A DNA stretch of 64,000 nt from Myxococcota bacterium (GCA_965223705.1 OZ245015.1:4032001-4096000), one strand, 5' to 3'. Counted from the first letter of the stretch, positions 10,072 through 19,333 are shown. Program-made: numbers and translations. The notes: generated from the letters alone by a model not told the origin.

Positions 10072-12211
10072 CTTTCTCGCTCTCCTGTTGCCATTCTGCC
10101 TGCTGATTCCGCAGCATATTTTCGAACTCCGCCGCCGGCTTCGGCTTGCTGAAGCAGTAGCCCTGAATCTCGTCGCAGCCGTGATCACGTAGAAGACTCC
10201 ACTGCTCCTGTTCCTCGACGCCTTCGGCGACGACACGTAGGCCGAGTCCCCAAGCGATGGAGATCATGGCCAAGGTGAGGCTCCTCGCTCGCTCGTCCTC
10301 CACGACGTCCTTGATAAAGACACGATCGATTTTGATGCAGTCGATGGGGAGGTCGCGGAGATATTGCAGCGACGAGTAGCCGGTACCGAAATCATCGATG
10401 GCAATGCTAAAACCGTGTTCTTTGAGTTTCGTCAGAGTCGCCACAGAGGCGTCTCCGTCCAGCAAGCAACCTTCGGTGATCTCGAGCTCGAAATCTTCGG
10501 GCGTGGCGCCACTTTCGTTGACCGCCGACAAGATCGATTCCACGAAATCGGTTCTGCTGAACTGTCGAGGTGAAACGTTGACCGCGATCCGGAAGTTCGC
10601 GATCCCTTCTTCCCGCCAGGCCACGACTCTTTGGGAGGCCTGTCTCATGACCCATAAGCCCATGGGCACGATTAAATCGGCCTGTTCGGCGAGGGCTACG
10701 AAGCGATCCGGGGGTATCGGTCCGAGTTCTGGGTCGTTCCACCGTAGCAGTGCCTCTACGCCGCAAATTCGGCCTGATTGTGCTTCCACTTTCGGCTGAT
10801 AGTGAAGGTCAAGCGCGTTGTTCTCTAATGCGCTCTGCAGCTTGGACTCCAACACCACCGCCGCGTAGGCTTCGCGATTGCGAGACTCCGCCCAGTACTG
10901 ACAATGGCTCCGTCCCTCGCGCTTCGCTCCTTGCATCGCCTCTACAGCGTTGAGAAGGAGGCCGTCTACCTCCATCCCGTCTTCCGGGCCGACTGAGATA
11001 CCCACGCAAGCCGTGACGATCACATCGCGACCCCCAGCTGCGATGGGCTGGGCGATCTCATCGATGATTCGGCGAGCGGCCCTGCGAGGTGCGTCGCTAC
11101 CGCGGAGCTCGGGTAGCAAGAGCGCGAATTCGTCCCCCGAGAGGCGTGCCGGTGTGGGAAGGGAGATCGCATTGGAGACTTGCGTTACCCAGTCGCCAGT
11201 CCGGACCGAGTAGAGTAAACGGTGCGCGATCTGTCTCAGCACGCTATCGCCAGCGAAGCGCCCGAAGGCGTCGTTGATCTTTCGGAGCCCGTCGAGACCG
11301 ATGTGCAGCACCGCGAAGGAACCACCTCGGTGAGAGGCTTGATCGATCACTTTTCGCAGCGCTCCCTCGAAAAGTGCTCGCGTCGCGAGCCCGGTTAGCT
11401 TGTCGTAGAAAGCGGGGTCGCGCGGTGAGTTGATCGCCGTTTGAGTGCCAATGCTGACGGAAGCGCCGCGCACAACCTGGGGTTCGCGCCCCGGTTCTTG
11501 AACCAGCTCCGCGCGTGAGCTTACGACGATGCCTCCGGCATCGGAGTCCACGAGGCGGTGCTCTACGGCAAACGGTTCGTGTGTGTCTAGCATCGACTCC
11601 CAAGCGGCGGCGAAGTGTGCGCGGTCCACTGGATCGACGCGTTCGCAGAGATGGGCGAAAGACAGGGATTCCTTGCGCTGCGGCAACCCGAACATGGAAC
11701 GAGCCTCGGGAGATGCGGCCAGTGCCCCGTCCTCCAGAGAAACCTCGAAGCTTGCGAGTCCTGCAATCCGCTGAAGGTCCCGGAGGCGGCCTGACTCGTG
11801 GCGAGCGACTGCAAGTTCCAGCGCCGCACCGATCAGTGAGCGAATTCGATAGATGAGAAGGTCAGGCTCAGTTGTCTTGTCGATCAGGTCGGTGGCTACC
11901 GCTCGCTGCATGCACTTCGCTGCTTCTACGTCACCCGAGTCGCGAAGCACGACGACCGGCACATCGCCGGCGTATCGGTTGTGAACGGCCTCGCAAAGTT
12001 CAGCGGGGCCCGGATCCTCCAGATCGGAGCCGAGCAGCACGAGATTGGTGCGTGGTCCGAGCCGTTGGAGGAGCTCTTTCCCTTGGTTCGTATCGAGAAC
12101 TTCGAACCCCTGTTGCTCGAGGAGCTGCCGAAGCCAGGTCCTGTGTTCTCGATCGCGTTCGGCGATCAACACAAGAGGTTGTTTGGGGCTCTTTTCTCGA
12201 GCATGCGGCAC
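10058..12211 (-). CDS. REC-PAS-GGDEF-EAL c-di-GMP signalling protein
   Basis: Degenerate N-terminal receiver, PAS, 'DKLTGL', 'RLSGDEF', 'YQPKV..VEALLRW', 'ELEITE', 'IDDFGTGYSSL', 'AEGVE', 'QGY'. Confidence 0.92.
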   Translation of the reverse strand: MPHAREKSPKQPLVLIAERDREHRTWLRQLLEQQGFEVLDTNQGKELLQRLGPRTNLVLLGSDLEDPGPAELCEAVHNRYAGDVPVVVLRDSGDVEAAKCMQRAVATDLIDKTTEPDLLIYRIRSLIGAALELAVARHESGRLRDLQRIAGLASFEVSLEDGALAASPEARSMFGLPQRKESLSFAHLCERVDPVDRAHFAAAWESMLDTHEPFAVEHRLVDSDAGGIVVSSRAELVQEPGREPQVVRGASVSIGTQTAINSPRDPAFYDKLTGLATRALFEGALRKVIDQASHRGGSFAVLHIGLDGLRKINDAFGRFAGDSVLRQIAHRLLYSVRTGDWVTQVSNAISLPTPARLSGDEFALLLPELRGSDAPRRAARRIIDEIAQPIAAGGRDVIVTACVGISVGPEDGMEVDGLLLNAVEAMQGAKREGRSHCQYWAESRNREAYAAVVLESKLQSALENNALDLHYQPKVEAQSGRICGVEALLRWNDPELGPIPPDRFVALAEQADLIVPMGLWVMRQASQRVVAWREEGIANFRIAVNVSPRQFSRTDFVESILSAVNESGATPEDFELEITEGCLLDGDASVATLTKLKEHGFSIAIDDFGTGYSSLQYLRDLPIDCIKIDRVFIKDVVEDERARSLTLAMISIAWGLGLRVVAEGVEEQEQWSLLRDHGCDEIQGYCFSKPKPAAEFENMLRNQQAEWQQESEKVTDA

Positions 12212-12544
12212 GCGGCCACCTCTAAACCTGGTGGGCTAAGAACCTTTGAGGCTTTTCGGTCGCCTGAAACGCCGGCTAAAGCAGCCGACTTGCGGGTGTC
12301 TGCGCGCTCGAGTTCGCCGGCGAAACCGAGCGCCCGGAAATCGGGGGGACAGACCCACTATGGGGCCGTCGCTAATCGGGCTTCCAGGGCCTCGAGCAAC
12401 CGCGTGTGCACGCCGACGGCATCGTTCGTCCGAGGTGGGCCTCCGTCAGGAGTGGGCTATGTGTCATTTTCTTCGCGGCCCCCGCTAGCACTGCTGAAAG
12501 CGCAGCCATTAGACGGCGGCGGGAACCAAGCAGAGAGGTGCGAC

Positions 12545-13417
12545 ATGCGAATCGATTCAGCTCTGGTGTCCACGGAGTGGCTAGCCAGCAACCTCGACAA
12601 TCCCGCGCTACGCGTCTACGACACCACGGTCTTCCTCGAGCACGATCCGGGAGGGTTCGGGTATCTGCCGACGAGTGGACGCGAGAAGTGGGAAGCGGAG
12701 CACATCCCCGGTGCGGGCTTTCTCGACATCGTTGACGACCTATCCGATTCTGAGGCAGACCTCCCGTTCATGATGCCGTCACCGGAGCGCTTCGCTTCGC
12801 GAATGGCCGATCGAGGCATTGGAGACGACACTGCGGTGGTGCTTTACAACCGCGGACTTCCGATGTGGGCGACCCGCGTTTGGTGGATGCTCCGTTCGAT
12901 TGGATTCGAGGATGTTGCGGTTCTCGACGGTGGAATTCAAAAGTGGCTGCGTGAAGGACGACCCGTCGATTCCGAGAAACCGAACCTTCCGCCCGGGCGG
13001 CTGACTGTGAACTACCGCCCCGAGATGTGGGTCGACCGCTCACAGATGCTCGATGTCGTCGAGTCGGGCGAACCCACGACGATCAACGCGCTCTCCCCCG
13101 ATGTCTACAGCGGAGAAAAGAACCAGTATGGCCGCCCAGGTCACCTTCCCGGGACGCACAACGTCTTCTACGGAACTCTGATCGACTCACAAACAGGAGA
13201 GTTCCTCCCGCCCGAACAACTCATGACGCTTTTCGAGGAGAGTGGAGCCCTGACGAGCGATCGGGTCATCACGTACTGCGGGGGCGGGATCTCCGCGACA
13301 ATGGACTGTCTCGCGCTCAGCCTGTGCGGGCAGGAGAACGTCGCGGTCTACGACGGTTCAATGTCCGAATGGGTTCGCGACGAAAGTCTTCCGCTCAAGC
13401 TGGGCAACGAGCCCTGA
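12545..13417 (+). CDS. Tandem-domain rhodanese / 3-mercaptopyruvate sulfurtransferase
   Basis: 'LVSTEWL', 'HIPGA', 'RVWWML', 'LDGG', 'GHLPG', active site 'YCGGGISA', 'YDGSMSEW'. Start ATG 12545 follows GAGG; the longer ORF 5' extension is not homologous. Confidence 0.9.
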   Translation: MRIDSALVSTEWLASNLDNPALRVYDTTVFLEHDPGGFGYLPTSGREKWEAEHIPGAGFLDIVDDLSDSEADLPFMMPSPERFASRMADRGIGDDTAVVLYNRGLPMWATRVWWMLRSIGFEDVAVLDGGIQKWLREGRPVDSEKPNLPPGRLTVNYRPEMWVDRSQMLDVVESGEPTTINALSPDVYSGEKNQYGRPGHLPGTHNVFYGTLIDSQTGEFLPPEQLMTLFEESGALTSDRVITYCGGGISATMDCLALSLCGQENVAVYDGSMSEWVRDESLPLKLGNEP

Positions 13418-13468
13418 GGCCGATTCGGACGTGAGATCCAGGCCAGGTCAACACCGACGTTCTTTCGA

Positions 13469-14248
13469 TCACACTGAAAGGTCAAGCGAATCCACCACGT
13501 CGGGAGGGACATCGGCGAGTTTTGCGCCACCCAGGGCGAAGTAGTAGAGCGGCTCTCCTTCGATCGAAAACCGGTGGCGATAGCGCTGCAGTTGGTAGAC
13601 GTCGAGGTACTCCGAGAAGATGAGTTCTCGAATCAGGTGCGAGAATCCGGAATCGTCGCGACGGTCGAGGAACGTGTCCTTCACGTTGAAGGCGACCCAG
13701 CCTTCCTTGCCAATTAGGTTGAAGGCTTCGATGAAGGCCTTGGCCGGAATGTCGCCGAAGCCGAGTGCGGCGACGGAGACCAGGCAATCGGGGGACCACG
13801 ACTTGAGCTCGTCCCGATCGTCCGGGCTCAAATCCGAGAAATCCATCACGTAGTATGCATCGTAGACCCCCGGCCGATCCCGGTCGGCCGCATCTCGTGC
13901 CTCGGGAATGATGTCGACCCCGATGAGCCGGGACACTCCCTGCCCCTTCAGCTCATCCCCTGCGACCCCGTTCCCCGCCCCCAAATCGAGGACGCGCAGC
14001 TCCGTGAGCCGTTGGCTCGATTGGGAGACAGCGAAGCGGAGGACCTCGGCGACCACGGACGGGGACTGGCACCTCAGCCGGTCATACACCACCTGCTCGT
14101 ACAGGCCCGGGATCGAATAAATGCGATCGTAGTCGTGGAGCCTCAGCTTCTCGCGCGTTCCGCCGTCCTGGAGGTAGAAGTACACCTCGTCCTGACAAAG
14201 TTCGCGGACGTCGGTCGGCGGGAATTGAATACGGTGTCTAGGGGTCAC
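13469..14248 (-). CDS. Class I SAM-dependent methyltransferase
   Basis: 'RVLDLGAGNG', 'LIGVDI'. GTG start at 14248 preceded by GAGGTGG. Confidence 0.8.
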   Translation of the reverse strand: MTPRHRIQFPPTDVRELCQDEVYFYLQDGGTREKLRLHDYDRIYSIPGLYEQVVYDRLRCQSPSVVAEVLRFAVSQSSQRLTELRVLDLGAGNGVAGDELKGQGVSRLIGVDIIPEARDAADRDRPGVYDAYYVMDFSDLSPDDRDELKSWSPDCLVSVAALGFGDIPAKAFIEAFNLIGKEGWVAFNVKDTFLDRRDDSGFSHLIRELIFSEYLDVYQLQRYRHRFSIEGEPLYYFALGGAKLADVPPDVVDSLDLSV

Positions 14249-14648
14249 TGGGCCACCTCGCAGATGCAAAACGTCGTTCCAGCTCGGGGCCTGCGGCTCA
14301 CCCGATGAACAAGCGCTCAGATCCGAGTATGGAAGGAGGTGGTGGAGCTTAGTGGAGGCGGCCTCAGTTCTTTCCCCAGCGGGCAACATTTACCAGAACA
14401 GGATCTGGGGGCGGGGGGCAGCCCTAGCGACAACAACAGGGAAACCACGCACGAAAGCGCGGATTTGTGTGACCGACACGCTTGGAGCCCCCTGTTCTCA
14501 GGGATAGCGCTCCGGAGGAACGCGACCTGGGACTAGAGCGGCCTCCACGGTCGACGTACGCGACGAGCACACTGTGGACGTCTCCGGTGACTGGCGAAAC
14601 CGGAACCATCAGGCGATCGATCGTGCGAGAGCTCAGGTAGCCCGTCGC

Positions 14649-15443
14649 CTACTCCCGGTAAGCGACGGGGTAGCGGGGCCCCTGAATCGGATCACCGTGG
14701 GACAGCTCCGGATCGTGCAGAAAATGGCTGGTGCCGGGGCCCGCGTAGTAGGTCATGTCGGAGCCTGCGTATCGCACCGTGTAACCGCGACGACGTCCGC
14801 GGCTTCGGTTTGGCGGCCCCCCATGCACGGTCATGGCATCGAAAGCGAGGACATCGCCGGGCCGCATGTCCCAAGACACGAATTCGTATTGCTCCCGGTG
14901 TGCATCGATGTCAGGGATGTCCACGTAGTCGGGATTGCGCTCGTAGGCCTTACCCCCCGTCGCGAAAGGCTCTGGCTGGAAGAACTGGCCCCAATTGTGG
15001 GACCCGCGGACGAACTCGAGCGCCCCGCTCTCCCGGGTCACCGGGTCGAGGGCCAGCCAGAACGACATGATGTGCTCTGAGCGAACCGGCCAGTAAGGGA
15101 GGTCGTTGTGCCAACGGGTGGGTGCGTCGGTGCCGGCTTCCTTTACGAAGAGCTGGTCGTAGTAGAGCTGGACGCGATCGACGCCGAGGAGGTCGCCCGC
15201 GAGAGCGGGGAGCGGCGACTCCAGGCAGTAGGCGGCAAAATCCGGGTCAGTCTCCCAGACCCGCATGTTTCCGTGAAAGCGGCCACCTCCTTCGATCTCG
15301 TAGCCGTGGAAACACGGACTCGGATTCGCGATGTCACGTTCGATTGCCGCGTCGAGTCGTTGGAGCCAACGGTCGTCGACGACGCCCGGCAACAGGATCG
15401 CACCGTCGCGTTCGTAGGCCTCCCGCTCTGCGTCCCGGATCAT
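14649..15443 (-). CDS. Phytanoyl-CoA dioxygenase (PhyH) family Fe(II)/2OG oxygenase
   Basis: 'AYERDG', 'TRWHNDLPYWP' (HxD), 'FWLALD', 'GALEFVRGSH', 'TVHGG'; GGAGGG RBS. Confidence 0.88.
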   Translation of the reverse strand: MIRDAEREAYERDGAILLPGVVDDRWLQRLDAAIERDIANPSPCFHGYEIEGGGRFHGNMRVWETDPDFAAYCLESPLPALAGDLLGVDRVQLYYDQLFVKEAGTDAPTRWHNDLPYWPVRSEHIMSFWLALDPVTRESGALEFVRGSHNWGQFFQPEPFATGGKAYERNPDYVDIPDIDAHREQYEFVSWDMRPGDVLAFDAMTVHGGPPNRSRGRRRGYTVRYAGSDMTYYAGPGTSHFLHDPELSHGDPIQGPRYPVAYRE

Positions 15444-15474
15444 CGGCCCTCCATCCGAAGAATCGTACCGCACA

Positions 15475-15776
15475 CACAACACCCGCAAGCGAGCGATGTG
15501 CGAAGCGCGATGCGAGCGCGCAGCGAGCGGAACGCGAGCGGAGCGGGGTGGCGTGGCTCAGCCGCGCCGGGACCACAACACCCGCAAGCGGGCGCCGTGC
15601 GAAGCGCGGTGCGAGCGCGCAGCGAGCGGAACGCGAGCGGAGCGGGGTGGCGCGGCTCAGCCGCGCCGGGACCACAACACCCGCAAGCGGGCGCCGTGCG
15701 AAGCACGGTGCGAGCGCGCAGCGAGCGGAACGCGAGCGGAGCGGGGTGGCGCGGCTCAGCCGCGCCGGGACCACAA
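15475..15776. repeat. Three tandem ~99-bp GC-rich repeats abutting the tRNA-Ser 3' end
   Basis: Unit CACAACACCCGCAAGCG...GCCGCGCCGGGAC starts at 15475, 15574 and 15673, with a partial CACAA at 15772. Confidence 0.95.
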
Positions 15777-15778
15777 AG

Positions 15779-15871
<93 letters not shown>

Positions 15872-15904
15872 GCAGAGCGGATGGTACAGAAATGACCTCC
15901 GCCT

Positions 15905-16720
15905 TCACGCGAGGTGTTCCCGGAGCTCCGCCAGTGCGTCCGCTTCTCGCTTGAAATCTTCGTACGTCTTCGTCCCGCCGGTATGCACGACGCCCGCGAC
16001 GCCGAGATCGTTGAGATCACGGACCGCGTCGAGCGCCTTCGCGGGTTCCGCGAGGGGAAGCCGGGCGCCGACCACCGTCTCCGGTGTCGGGCGACCGTAG
16101 TTTTTCGCGAGCGCCTCCATCTCGGCGCGACCGGCGACGAGCGCATCCCGGTCCAAGCCGATCGGAAGCCACGCGTCGCCGTATTGCGCGGTTCTGCGCC
16201 GGGCCGCCGCCGAGTTCCCGCCGACCAGGATCTCGGGCTTCGCGGGCCGCGGCCGAAACAGGAACTTCTGGCCGTTCCGCTCGACTTCGTCGTTGTCGAA
16301 GCAGGTGTGGAGAAACGCCAGCGACTCGTCGGTACGAGCGCCCCGCTCCGCGCGCGGTATGCCGAGCGCGCGAAACTCAGCCTCCATCCATCCCGCGCCA
16401 ATCCCCAAGCGCAGCCGTCCCTCGGAGAGCACTTGTAGCGCCGCCGCCCACCGGGCGGTGTGGAGCGGATCGCGGAACGGGAGCAGCAACACCGCGGTCC
16501 CGAGGCCGATGCGATCCGTTGCCCCGGCGAGAAACGCCAGCGTCGCCTCGCAATCGAGGTAGTACCCGTCGGAACCCTCGGAGTCTTCCTTGGGGATCGC
16601 CACATGATCGAAGACCCAGGCGTCGTCGATGCCGGCCGCCTCGGCGGCTTGAACGCAGCGGAGCAAGAGGTTGCGGTCCGCTTCCGGGCCCGCGACCCGC
16701 AGGAACATTCCAAGTTTCAT
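15905..16720 (-). CDS. LLM-class flavin (possibly F420)-dependent oxidoreductase
   Basis: 'AEAAGIDDAWVFDHVAIP', 'LGTAVLLLPFRDP', 'GRLRLGIGAGW..EF'. Confidence 0.88.
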   Translation of the reverse strand: MKLGMFLRVAGPEADRNLLLRCVQAAEAAGIDDAWVFDHVAIPKEDSEGSDGYYLDCEATLAFLAGATDRIGLGTAVLLLPFRDPLHTARWAAALQVLSEGRLRLGIGAGWMEAEFRALGIPRAERGARTDESLAFLHTCFDNDEVERNGQKFLFRPRPAKPEILVGGNSAAARRRTAQYGDAWLPIGLDRDALVAGRAEMEALAKNYGRPTPETVVGARLPLAEPAKALDAVRDLNDLGVAGVVHTGGTKTYEDFKREADALAELREHLA

Positions 16721-16792
16721 AGGTCCCTCCAGTCCTTACCGTACTCGATCCTTTGGTGGTAACCTCACACGGTCATCCGATGGGGAGAGAAC

Positions 16793-17233
16793 ATGCTCGC
16801 AGTAGGGGATCAAGCACCCGACTTTGCCGTCGCGGACCACACCGGAAAGATTCGGCGGCTCGATGAATTCCGCGGCAAGCGGTTGCTGCTCTGGTTCTAC
16901 CCGAAAGCCGACACGCCTGGCTGAACCAAGCAAGGTCTCGCGTTGCGAGATCAAGCAGCCGAGCTCGCGGCGAAGAACGTCGCCGTCGTCGGTGTGAGCT
17001 TCGATAGCGTCGAAGACAACCGGGCCTTTGCCGAGAAATTCGACTTCCCGTACCCGCTCCTGTGCGACACCGAGAAGAAAATCGGTGTGCCCTACGGAGC
17101 CGGCGAAGCCGGCAAAGGCGGCTACGCGAAGCGGATCAGCTACGTGATCGATGAAGACGGCAAGGTCCTCTTGGCCTACCCGAAGGTCGACCCCGGCACG
17201 CACCTCGAGACGATTCTCGCAGACCTACCCTAA
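16793..17233 (+). CDS. bcp: Peroxiredoxin (BCP/PrxQ), probable selenoprotein (in-frame TGA at codon 44)
   Basis: ATG 16793 gives MLAVGDQAPDF...WFYPKADTPG-TGA-TKQG..., continuing in frame into the 16943..17233 ORF. TGA 16922-16924 sits at the peroxidatic Cys of PxxxTxxC. Confidence 0.85.
16934..16952 (+). promoter_or_regulatory. Putative bacterial SECIS hairpin
   Basis: GGTCTCGC-GTT-GCGAGATC stem-loop starting 10 nt after the TGA, with apical GU. Confidence 0.6.
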
Positions 17234-18330
17234 GCGTCTCGGGGAGGGATCAACCGCAGCTCCTGGTAGCGGTGGATCCACTTGCGGACCATGTCCTCGG
17301 TGTCGACGCAGTCGTGGAATCCGTACTGGCGCAATTTGATCGTGCTTACGACGGTCGGCGGCGGGGGCTGCTTCGCACCGTGAGCCATCGAGAAATCCGC
17401 GAGCTCCGCGGACTCGCCGACGAATTCCTTGACCGTGCGCGGCGACGCGAGGTGGTACTTGTCGACCAGCGCGCCCCACTCCGCATCGCGCCTGGGCAAC
17501 GACTCGCCGAGCGATTGCGGCTTCGGCTCGCCGACCTTCATACCGACGGCGTCCGCGATGGTGGGCCACAGGTTCTCGAACGTGAAGACGTCGCCGTTCG
17601 TTACGTTGAAGTGCTCACCGCCGCACGCCGGGTTGTTCGCCGCGAACTCGAACGCGCGGGCGAGTAGCTCTGTATCGACGGCTTCGAAGAGGAGCGGAGG
17701 TCCGCCCGGATACGCGAGGTCGCGACCGGCGGCCTTCTCGAGCGCCGCGTAGACACACACCGCGGGCAACACATTGAGATTGCCCTTGATGGCTTCGCCG
17801 AAAATCAGCTGCGGTCGAAAGATGGTCCAGTTCCACGCCTTCCCCCGCTGTTTCTCCCGGATGTAGTCCTCTTGGAGCCAGTAGAAGTTCTCGTGTTGGT
17901 GGCGCGGCCATCGCTCGCGCGCCGGAACGGGAAACGGCTCGATGTGCACGCCGTACGCTTTTGTCCCCTGCAACACCGTGATGTGTCGAAGACCCGTAGC
18001 CGCTCGCTCGAGCGGTTCGAAGAAATTCTCGAGCATGGCGAGGTTGGTCTGCATCTGCTCCTTCGCCTGCCAGCCCTCGACCAGGTTTCCGGCGATCTCA
18101 TGGACCGCCGCGTAAATGATGTGGGTGACATCCGACATGTCGGATAGCGCCTCGCGACACGCGTCGGCGTCCGTCAAGTCGAGGGAGATGTGCCGGGCGG
18201 ACGTCAGTCCGGCGGGCTTTCGCCTCGAAAGAGCGACCACTTCCCAACCGGGGAGCCTTTCGAAATGGCGGACCGCCTCGAAACCGACCAACCCCGATGC
18301 ACCGACGATCACCATTTTTCCGCGTGCCAT
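17230..18330 (-). CDS. SDR oxidoreductase, PRISE (progesterone 5-beta-reductase/iridoid synthase-like) family
   Basis: GASGLVG, 'QGTKAYG', 'NFYWLQED', 'WTIFRPQLIFG', 'FNVTNGDVF'; start follows GGAGGG. Confidence 0.82.
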   Translation of the reverse strand: MARGKMVIVGASGLVGFEAVRHFERLPGWEVVALSRRKPAGLTSARHISLDLTDADACREALSDMSDVTHIIYAAVHEIAGNLVEGWQAKEQMQTNLAMLENFFEPLERAATGLRHITVLQGTKAYGVHIEPFPVPARERWPRHQHENFYWLQEDYIREKQRGKAWNWTIFRPQLIFGEAIKGNLNVLPAVCVYAALEKAAGRDLAYPGGPPLLFEAVDTELLARAFEFAANNPACGGEHFNVTNGDVFTFENLWPTIADAVGMKVGEPKPQSLGESLPRRDAEWGALVDKYHLASPRTVKEFVGESAELADFSMAHGAKQPPPPTVVSTIKLRQYGFHDCVDTEDMVRKWIHRYQELRLIPPRDA

Positions 18331-18387
18331 GGACCCTCCGAACGGCCTACCAATATACCATCGGGAGGAACTCAGGAGGTTTGCACC

Positions 18388-19161
18388 ATGGCGGCGAAAG
18401 TACGCAGCGAGAGCGACGGCGCGGTCCGCATCATCACAATCGATCGACCCGAGCGTCGCAACGCCATCGATCCGGAGACAGCGGAAGGTTTGCAGGCGGC
18501 GTTCCGCGCGTTCGAAGACGACGCGGAGGCTTCCGTCGCAGTCCTTCGTGGCGAGGGCGACACGTTCTGCGCGGGCTTCGACTTGAAGTCGCTCTCGGAC
18601 GGGGGGCTCCCGCGCTATGAACCGGAAGGCGAAGGACCGCTCGGCATCAGTCGCTGGCTGCTGTCGAAACCGACGATCGCTGCGGTCGAAGGTCACGCCG
18701 TAGCGGGCGGTATCGAGTTGGCCCTGTGGTGCGATCTGCGGGTCGCGGCCGAAGGCGCGACCTTCGGGGTCTACTGCCGGCGGTTCGGTGTGCCGCTCGT
18801 CGATGGGGGCACCGTGCGTTTACCGCGACTCATCGGCCAGAGTCGTGCGCTCGACATGATCCTGACCGGCCGCGGGGTCGGCGCCGAAGAAGCCTTCTCC
18901 TGGGGCCTCGCGAACCGACTGGTCCCCCGCGGTCGAGCCCTCGAAGAAGCGGTGGCCCTCGCCCACGACCTGACGCGCTTTCCGCAAATCTGTATGCGAG
19001 CGGACCGGCGATCCGCGATTGAGCAGTGGGGGCTGCCCCTGGCCGACGCCCTGCGCGCCGAAGGTCGGGGCGGGGTCGAGCCGCTGCGGCAGGAGGCACG
19101 AGAGGGGGCGAGTCGGTTTGCCGGCGGCGCGGGCCGAGGCGGCTCCTACGAGTCGTTCTAA
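18388..19161 (+). CDS. Enoyl-CoA hydratase/crotonase family
   Basis: 'RRNAID', 'FCAGFDL', 'KPTIAAVEGHAVAGGIELALWCDLR'; AGGAGG RBS. Confidence 0.92.
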   Translation: MAAKVRSESDGAVRIITIDRPERRNAIDPETAEGLQAAFRAFEDDAEASVAVLRGEGDTFCAGFDLKSLSDGGLPRYEPEGEGPLGISRWLLSKPTIAAVEGHAVAGGIELALWCDLRVAAEGATFGVYCRRFGVPLVDGGTVRLPRLIGQSRALDMILTGRGVGAEEAFSWGLANRLVPRGRALEEAVALAHDLTRFPQICMRADRRSAIEQWGLPLADALRAEGRGGVEPLRQEAREGASRFAGGAGRGGSYESF

Positions 19162-19230
19162 CCCGAGCTGAGCCTACGGGTTGGCGCCGACGCCGTCGCG
19201 GCCGTAAGTTCGCCTCGCACGCGGAGAGGC

Positions 19231-19333
19231 GATCGCAGGGTCCCGCTCGAGCGCGGGGACCGTGAACCCCGTCAGGTCCGGAAGGAAGCAGCGGTAGCGA
19301 GCCTTGCGTTGTGAGCGGGGGCGCCCTGCGATC
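19231..19333 (+). ncRNA. ffs: Signal recognition particle RNA (small/4.5S type)
   Basis: Domain IV motif GTCAGGTCCGGAAGGAAGCAGC, closed by GATCGCAGGG/CCCTGCGATC stem; lies upstream of dnaX. Confidence 0.93.

Noticed and set aside
12545..14248. Rhodanese + methyltransferase as a selenium-handling pair linked to the selenoprotein
   Set aside because: The genes are convergent, belong to generic families and are separated from bcp by a tRNA; no sequence evidence links them.
14431..14480. c-di-GMP-I riboswitch-like string (AGGGAAACC...CGAAAG)
   Set aside because: The GACGCAAAG junction and P2/P3 pairing are missing, and no gene lies downstream on that strand.
15475..15776. CRISPR array
   Set aside because: Units are near-identical over the whole 99 bp with no unique spacers, and no cas genes are present.
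16922..16924. Genome-wide TGA reassignment (code 4/25)
   Set aside because: TGA ends many conserved genes here (asnB, dnaX, fmt, greA), so any recoding must be site-specific.
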